A stretch of DNA of 61,468 bases from the NCBI GenBank assembly GCA_944358355.1, contig CALVQY010000001.1, positions 1-61,468 on the forward strand, in the 5' to 3' direction. Source of the DNA: an uncultured Bacilli bacterium (GTDB taxonomy: Bacteria > Bacillota_I > Bacilli_A > RF39 > UBA660). Below are positions 58,043-61,468 of this stretch, piece by piece (the first letter of the stretch is position 1; each line of letters begins with the position of its first letter). The translations under genes were made by a program, and so were the position numbers. A model generated the notes under the pieces. It made no database searches and was not told the DNA's origin. It saw nothing but the letters and a program-made list of their open reading frames with translations.

Positions 58043-59095
58043 TTAATTAATAACTACATCTCTACTACTAGGCATTACTTGAATAAAAGTATTACCATCA
58101 CTCACCTTTATTTCATCACCATTACTATAAGAATAATAAGTCTTACCACTTCTAGAAGCTTTCTCCCAAGTAATAGGCATCATATAACCATTAGTAATAT
58201 AATAACCTTCCCCACTTCCTACTGTATCTAAATCTTGTCTACCATAATCATCAAGAGTACTATTATCTACTTTCATAATAATTATATTTTTATAATGATA
58301 TTGTTCTTTACTATCTCTATCAGTATGAGGAATACCATTCATATAACGAAGATAATAGCCATTATCACTATCATAAGTATAACTTCTAACTTCACTATTA
58401 GAATAAGGAATCTCAATACTAGTTAAAGTTATACCTTCTAAACTACAATTATCATCTTCACAGTTTAATGAATTATCAGTTTTCTCTAAATCTACCTTTT
58501 TACTAACATAATTTAAATTCTCATAATTACTAGATGTAGTATCATAACCAAGTTCTTCTGCCATCAAATATAAATTATCAATACTAGTAAAAACATTATG
58601 AGGAACAGCAATATTATTATCACGATAAAAGGCATCATCATAAAGTCCATTAATATTATCAACAGAAAGAGCCTCAATATCATTCTCTGCATAAGTACTC
58701 CATCCATAATGAGCATATATTGCATCATTCTCAAGAGCATAATCTAAAAAATAATGTCTACTACTTCTAACAGGTCCAATTACACTAGTATCAACATCTT
58801 TATATACAGCCATTATTCTAGTTAATCCACCTTCAACAATAATCTCATAAGTTAAATAAGCATCTTGTAATCCTACTTGTTCATCATTTTCTACATTATT
58901 ATCGATCATAACAGCAATAGGACGTTTATTACTATTAACATCATAAACCTTTAACTCTTCCTTTTTTTCTACTAAAGGCACATCATTACCAAGATAAATA
59001 AAATAATAGTAAGCTCCTCCTGCTAAAGCCAATAGTAAAATAATAAATATAGTAATTACAACTCTTCTTTTTCTTTTCTTTTTCACGAATTTCAC
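58043..59095 (-). CDS. DUF3048-family (YerB-like) exported protein, paralog 2
   Basis: 350 aa, N-terminal TM/signal anchor. Long blocks are identical to paralog 1 (KRPIAVMIDNNV, GLQDAYLTYEIIVEGGLTRIMA, GPVRSSRHYFLDYALE, LDTVGSGEGYYITNGY). Confidence 0.85.
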   Translation of the reverse strand: MKFVKKKRKRRVVITIFIILLLALAGGAYYYFIYLGNDVPLVEKKEELKVYDVNSNKRPIAVMIDNNVENDEQVGLQDAYLTYEIIVEGGLTRIMAVYKDVDTSVIGPVRSSRHYFLDYALENDAIYAHYGWSTYAENDIEALSVDNINGLYDDAFYRDNNIAVPHNVFTSIDNLYLMAEELGYDTTSSNYENLNYVSKKVDLEKTDNSLNCEDDNCSLEGITLTSIEIPYSNSEVRSYTYDSDNGYYLRYMNGIPHTDRDSKEQYHYKNIIIMKVDNSTLDDYGRQDLDTVGSGEGYYITNGYMMPITWEKASRSGKTYYSYSNGDEIKVSDGNTFIQVMPSSRDVVIN

Positions 59096-59177
59096 CTCTA
59101 CTTTAATTTTATCACAGTTTTATACTACTTAGTAGAACAATTTATAATAAAAAACATAAAGTATATTAGGTGATTAT

Positions 59178-59609
59178 ATGTCTCAATTAGTTCAATATAC
59201 AAGTAAAGAATTAGATTTACTAGCAAGATTAATGCGAGCAGAAGCAGTTGGTGAAGGAGAATATGGTATGCTTATGGTAGGTAATGTTGGTGTAAATAGA
59301 GTCCTTGCTAACTGTTATACATTTAGAAATATAAATACAATTACCAAAATGGTATTTCAAAATCCAGGAGGTTTCGCTGGTATAAACAGTCCCCAATTCA
59401 CTTCAGGTTCCACTATCAAAGAAAGAGAACTAGCAGAAAGAACCCTAAAAGGTGAATACTACTATCCTGCAACTAATGCATTATGGTTCTATGCACCAGG
59501 AAGAAATAGCAATTGTATTAGTACCTGGTATGATCAAGCCCTAGCAGGAAGATTTAAAAATCATTGTTTCTATGCCCCTGATCCAAATGTATGCCCTCCA
59601 CTGCATTAA
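59178..59609 (+). CDS. cwlJ: CwlJ/SleB-type cell wall hydrolase (spore cortex-lytic family)
   Basis: 143 aa. LLARLMRAEAVGEGEYGMLMVGNVGVNRV and FYAP blocks of the Hydrolase_2 family. The size matches CwlJ. Confidence 0.8.
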   Translation: MSQLVQYTSKELDLLARLMRAEAVGEGEYGMLMVGNVGVNRVLANCYTFRNINTITKMVFQNPGGFAGINSPQFTSGSTIKERELAERTLKGEYYYPATNALWFYAPGRNSNCISTWYDQALAGRFKNHCFYAPDPNVCPPLH

Positions 59610-59679
59610 CACAATTAAAAATATATTGTCAAATCATAATAAACTATGCTATAATAAATGTGTTCTTAACAGAACCTAT

Positions 59680-59719
59680 AGGGGCGTGGTATAATGGTAG
59701 CATAGGAGTCTCCAAAACC
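59680..59719 (+). pseudogene. 5' half of a tRNA-Trp gene (acceptor 5' arm, D arm, anticodon loop CUCCAAA) with no 3' half
   Basis: AGGGGCGTGGTATAATGGTAGCATAGGAGTCTCCAAAACC aligns position by position with the first 40 nt of the intact tRNA-Trp at 59922. Similarity then ends, and no matching 3' acceptor strand (CGCCCCT) follows. Confidence 0.7.
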
Positions 59720-59921
59720 GAAACTGTTGAAAACGTTTTGAAATGTTTTGAACCCTTATAAACATTAGATAAAATCCACTATACTATTAGTTAAAAAATA
59801 AAATTCTGTGCCACTTTTTGTGCCAGTTATATATTTATTAGAATTACCAAATTTATTTATCAACAAAATGATTAATTTATGATATAATTATTTGTGTCAG
59901 TAAGTGGCACAAATTTGATTT

Positions 59922-59995
59922 AGGGAATTAGTTTAATGGTAAAACTATGGTCTCCAAAACCATCGATAAGTGTTCGATTCACTTATTCCCTGCCA
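59922..59995 (+). tRNA. trnW: tRNA-Trp (anticodon CCA), CCA-encoded
   Basis: AGGGAAT-TA-GTTT-AATGGTA-AAAC-T-ATGGT-CTCCAAA-ACCAT-CGAT-AAGTG-TTCGATT-CACTT-ATTCCCT-G-CCA folds as a canonical 74-nt cloverleaf. Confidence 0.93.
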
Positions 59996-60006
59996 TGAGA
60001 GAATAC

Positions 60007-60047
60007 CGATTTTTCCCTTATTTTATAAGGTTAAAATCGTTTTTTTA
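60007..60047 (+). terminator. intrinsic terminator after tRNA-Trp
   Basis: Nested stems CGATTTT/AAAATCG and CCTTAT/ATAAGG, followed by TTTTTTT. Confidence 0.75.
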
Positions 60048-60161
60048 TTTTGTTTTTTATAAGAATTAATTTTATATGAATAAGTTGATAGTTTAGTTTG
60101 ATTCTGTATGGTATAATTATTTAAATAGAACGATAAATAGTAATTTGTAGAGGAGATATTT

Positions 60162-60413
60162 ATGGAAGATAAACAAGTATTATTTAATAATATAGATAAA
60201 GTTCACACTACCGAAATGGGTATTGATAGAATTAAGAAAAATCTTAAATTAGATACTGATGATGTTGTTGAGTATTGTAAGAATAAAGTTTTAGATAAAA
60301 ATTGTAACATCTATAAACAGGGTAAAAATTGGTATTGTGAAATTGATAATATAAAAATAACAATCAATTCATATAGTTATACAATTATAACAGCACACAA
60401 ATTAAAGAGGTAA
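60162..60413 (+). CDS. DUF3781-family small protein
   Basis: 83 aa. VHTTEMGIDRIKKNL ... GKNWYC ... ITINSYSYTIITAHK matches the pattern I associate with DUF3781. Confidence 0.6.
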   Translation: MEDKQVLFNNIDKVHTTEMGIDRIKKNLKLDTDDVVEYCKNKVLDKNCNIYKQGKNWYCEIDNIKITINSYSYTIITAHKLKR

Positions 60414-60418
60414 AATAG

Positions 60419-60883
60419 ATGGATTATCAAATAATAGAATTAGAAGAATTTAATGTAATAGGAATAAGGTATGAATTATCAAAATCATTAAGTAATAATG
60501 TAAAATTAGCACAAAACCATTGGAAAATATTTAATAGTAAATTAAGAAATAATAAGTTATATTTAGGAAGTAATTGGTGTAAATATGCTTTTATTGAAAA
60601 AATAGAAAATAAGATATTTTATTATATATCTATTCCTAAAAAAGATTTTGTACCAAATGATTTTACAGAAAAGATAATTTTGAAAAGTAAATATTTAAGG
60701 GTAGAACATATTGGTAATATGAATAAACTAAAAGATACTATCAATTATGTTTATAAAGAAATAATACCTAAAAATAATATTTTAGTAGAAAATAGGCAAT
60801 TTGTTTATTTTGAAAAATATGATTATAAATTTCATTGGAATAGAGAAGATTCTGTTATTGAGATCTATATTCCGATTAAATAA
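60419..60883 (+). CDS. GyrI-like / AraC effector-binding-domain small-molecule binding protein
   Basis: 154 aa. The family pattern runs from ..IELEEFNVIGIRYE.. to ..IEIYIPIK. Confidence 0.55.
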   Translation: MDYQIIELEEFNVIGIRYELSKSLSNNVKLAQNHWKIFNSKLRNNKLYLGSNWCKYAFIEKIENKIFYYISIPKKDFVPNDFTEKIILKSKYLRVEHIGNMNKLKDTINYVYKEIIPKNNILVENRQFVYFEKYDYKFHWNREDSVIEIYIPIK

Positions 60884-60913
60884 CAAATTACAATATGGAA
60901 GTGAGATGAGTTA

Positions 60914-61390
60914 ATGAATATTCACTTTGGATTTTCATATATAGGTTTAATATTTTTACTAATGTTGATGTTACCAAATATTATATGGAGTAAAAATAAG
61001 CCTAAAGGCTATGATAAATATGTAAAAAATGAAAATAAAGTATTACTACTATTGGAGTGGCTTGGAGAAATGCTAGTAACCTGTCTGTCATTGATATTTA
61101 GTGATTTTAATATAAATAAAATATCAAACTGGTCTAGTATATTGTTAATTGCCTTTATTATAATGATTTTATACGAAATATATTGGATAAGATATTTTAA
61201 AAGTAATAAAACAATGAAAGATATGTATAGTAGCTTGTTAGGAATACCAGTTGCAGGAGCTACTTTGCCAGTAGTTGCATTTCTGTTACTAGGTATATAT
61301 GGTAGAAATATATTTCTTATTATATCAACAATAGTATTAGGAATAGGACATATAGGAATACACTTAAATCATAAAAAAGAATTAGAATAA
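60914..61390 (+). CDS. hypothetical integral membrane protein
   Basis: 158 aa, about five hydrophobic helices. Confidence 0.5.
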   Translation: MNIHFGFSYIGLIFLLMLMLPNIIWSKNKPKGYDKYVKNENKVLLLLEWLGEMLVTCLSLIFSDFNINKISNWSSILLIAFIIMILYEIYWIRYFKSNKTMKDMYSSLLGIPVAGATLPVVAFLLLGIYGRNIFLIISTIVLGIGHIGIHLNHKKELE

Positions 61391-61434
61391 GAAATTACAA
61401 TTTTATAGTTATTGATTTATAGTAATTTACCGAA

Positions 61435-61462
61435 AAGATTGTCAGTAATGACAGTCTTTTTT
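61435..61462 (+). terminator. intrinsic terminator
   Basis: AAGATTGTCA pairs with TGACAGTCTT (one G-U pair), loop GTAA, then TTTT. Confidence 0.7.
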
Positions 61463-61468
61463 GTACGA

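Noticed and set aside
5398-58426. About 20 short ORFs in the six-frame track that lie antisense to, or nested inside, well-supported genes: 5398-5598, 8494-8727, 8781-9020, 9574-9828, 11537-11764, 19705-19905, 20871-21194, 23850-24080, 24111-24338, 32365-32565, 32991-33188, 34215-34406, 36018-36230, 37189-37374, 37295-37534, 46849-47061, 48374-48625, 52071-52286, 52785-53039, 58235-58426
   Set aside because: They have low-complexity I/L/F/K/N-rich translations typical of chance ORFs in AT-rich DNA. None has an RBS, and all overlap genes with clear family signatures (or, for 32991-33188, 36018-36230 and 46849-47061, repeat or intergenic sequence that is better explained otherwise).
59680-59760. 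Reading of the tRNA-Trp fragment as an intron-containing tRNA
   Set aside because: No complementary 3' anticodon-stem strand, T arm or acceptor 3' strand (CGCCCCT) occurs anywhere in the next 240 nt, and no group I intron-like core was recognisable.
59806-59826. Sigma-54-like GGCAC-N-GGCA motif (reverse strand CTGGCACAAAAAGTGGCACAG)
   Set aside because: The GG-to-GC spacing is one nt off the TGGCAC-N5-TTGCW consensus, the -12 element is not TTGC, and no downstream gene lies on that strand.
59807-59911. Inverted repeat bracketing the tRNA-Trp promoter as an invertible promoter switch
   Set aside because: Only 9 bp are perfect, there is no invertase or recombinase nearby, and a tRNA promoter is an unlikely phase-variable target. 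It is kept only as a note under the tRNA finding.
1-61468. CRISPR arrays, rRNA genes, IS transposases, retron/DGR reverse transcriptases, restriction-modification genes
   Set aside because: No regularly spaced direct repeats, no rRNA-like conserved blocks, and no ORF with DDE-transposase, RT (YxDD) or methyltransferase motifs were seen on either strand.

Overview
This is an AT-rich (low-GC by eye) Firmicutes chromosome segment. All calls come from reading the sequence and the ORF track; no database search was run.

- **1-16 kb, housekeeping block with Bacillus-type synteny:** rplM (partial), rnj, rny, recA (with a Cheo/LexA box), pgsA, a rodZ-like gene, RNase P RNA (rnpB), gpsB, recU-ponA, nth-dnaD-cca and hup.
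- **16-36 kb, the accessory core:**
  - A six-LysM N-acetylmuramoyl-L-alanine amidase gene is split. Its 3' body ends near 17.63 kb. Its promoter, RBS and first 17 codons lie at 32.79-32.86 kb.
  - The intervening ~15.2 kb starts with a large serine recombinase gene and carries a MobV relaxase, so it looks like an integrative mobilizable element (IME).
  - Its cargo includes a KAP P-loop NTPase and a tightly coupled six-gene operon: SDR, APH-like kinase, NDK-like protein, GT2/Pol-beta-NTase fusion, NUDIX and HelD. I consider this operon the best candidate for an undescribed system.
  - A second, decayed copy of the right junction at 36.05-36.20 kb lacks 9 bp of the crossover core. With a second repeat family and a nonsense-riddled NUDIX paralog, it marks a degenerate tandem sister element at 32.87-36.1 kb carrying Fic, an XRE regulator, a TM2 protein and a lipoprotein.
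- **36-50 kb, mixed accessory-looking genes:**
  - a translationally coupled four-gene cassette of unknown function (SEC-C/DUF1186-like, tandem MM3350-like, metallophosphoesterase, 245-aa orphan)
  - an M18 aminopeptidase and a GH25 lysozyme
  - a nucleoside-deoxyribosyltransferase-like plus DUF1848-like pair
  - a candidate type I toxin/antisense-RNA locus
  - an arylsulfotransferase-family protein
- **50-61 kb:** xth, pta, a YfhO-type membrane protein, two DUF3048 paralogs, a CwlJ/SleB-type hydrolase, a truncated tRNA-Trp 5' half followed by an intact tRNA-Trp, and three small accessory genes.

No CRISPR array, rRNA or transposase was seen.
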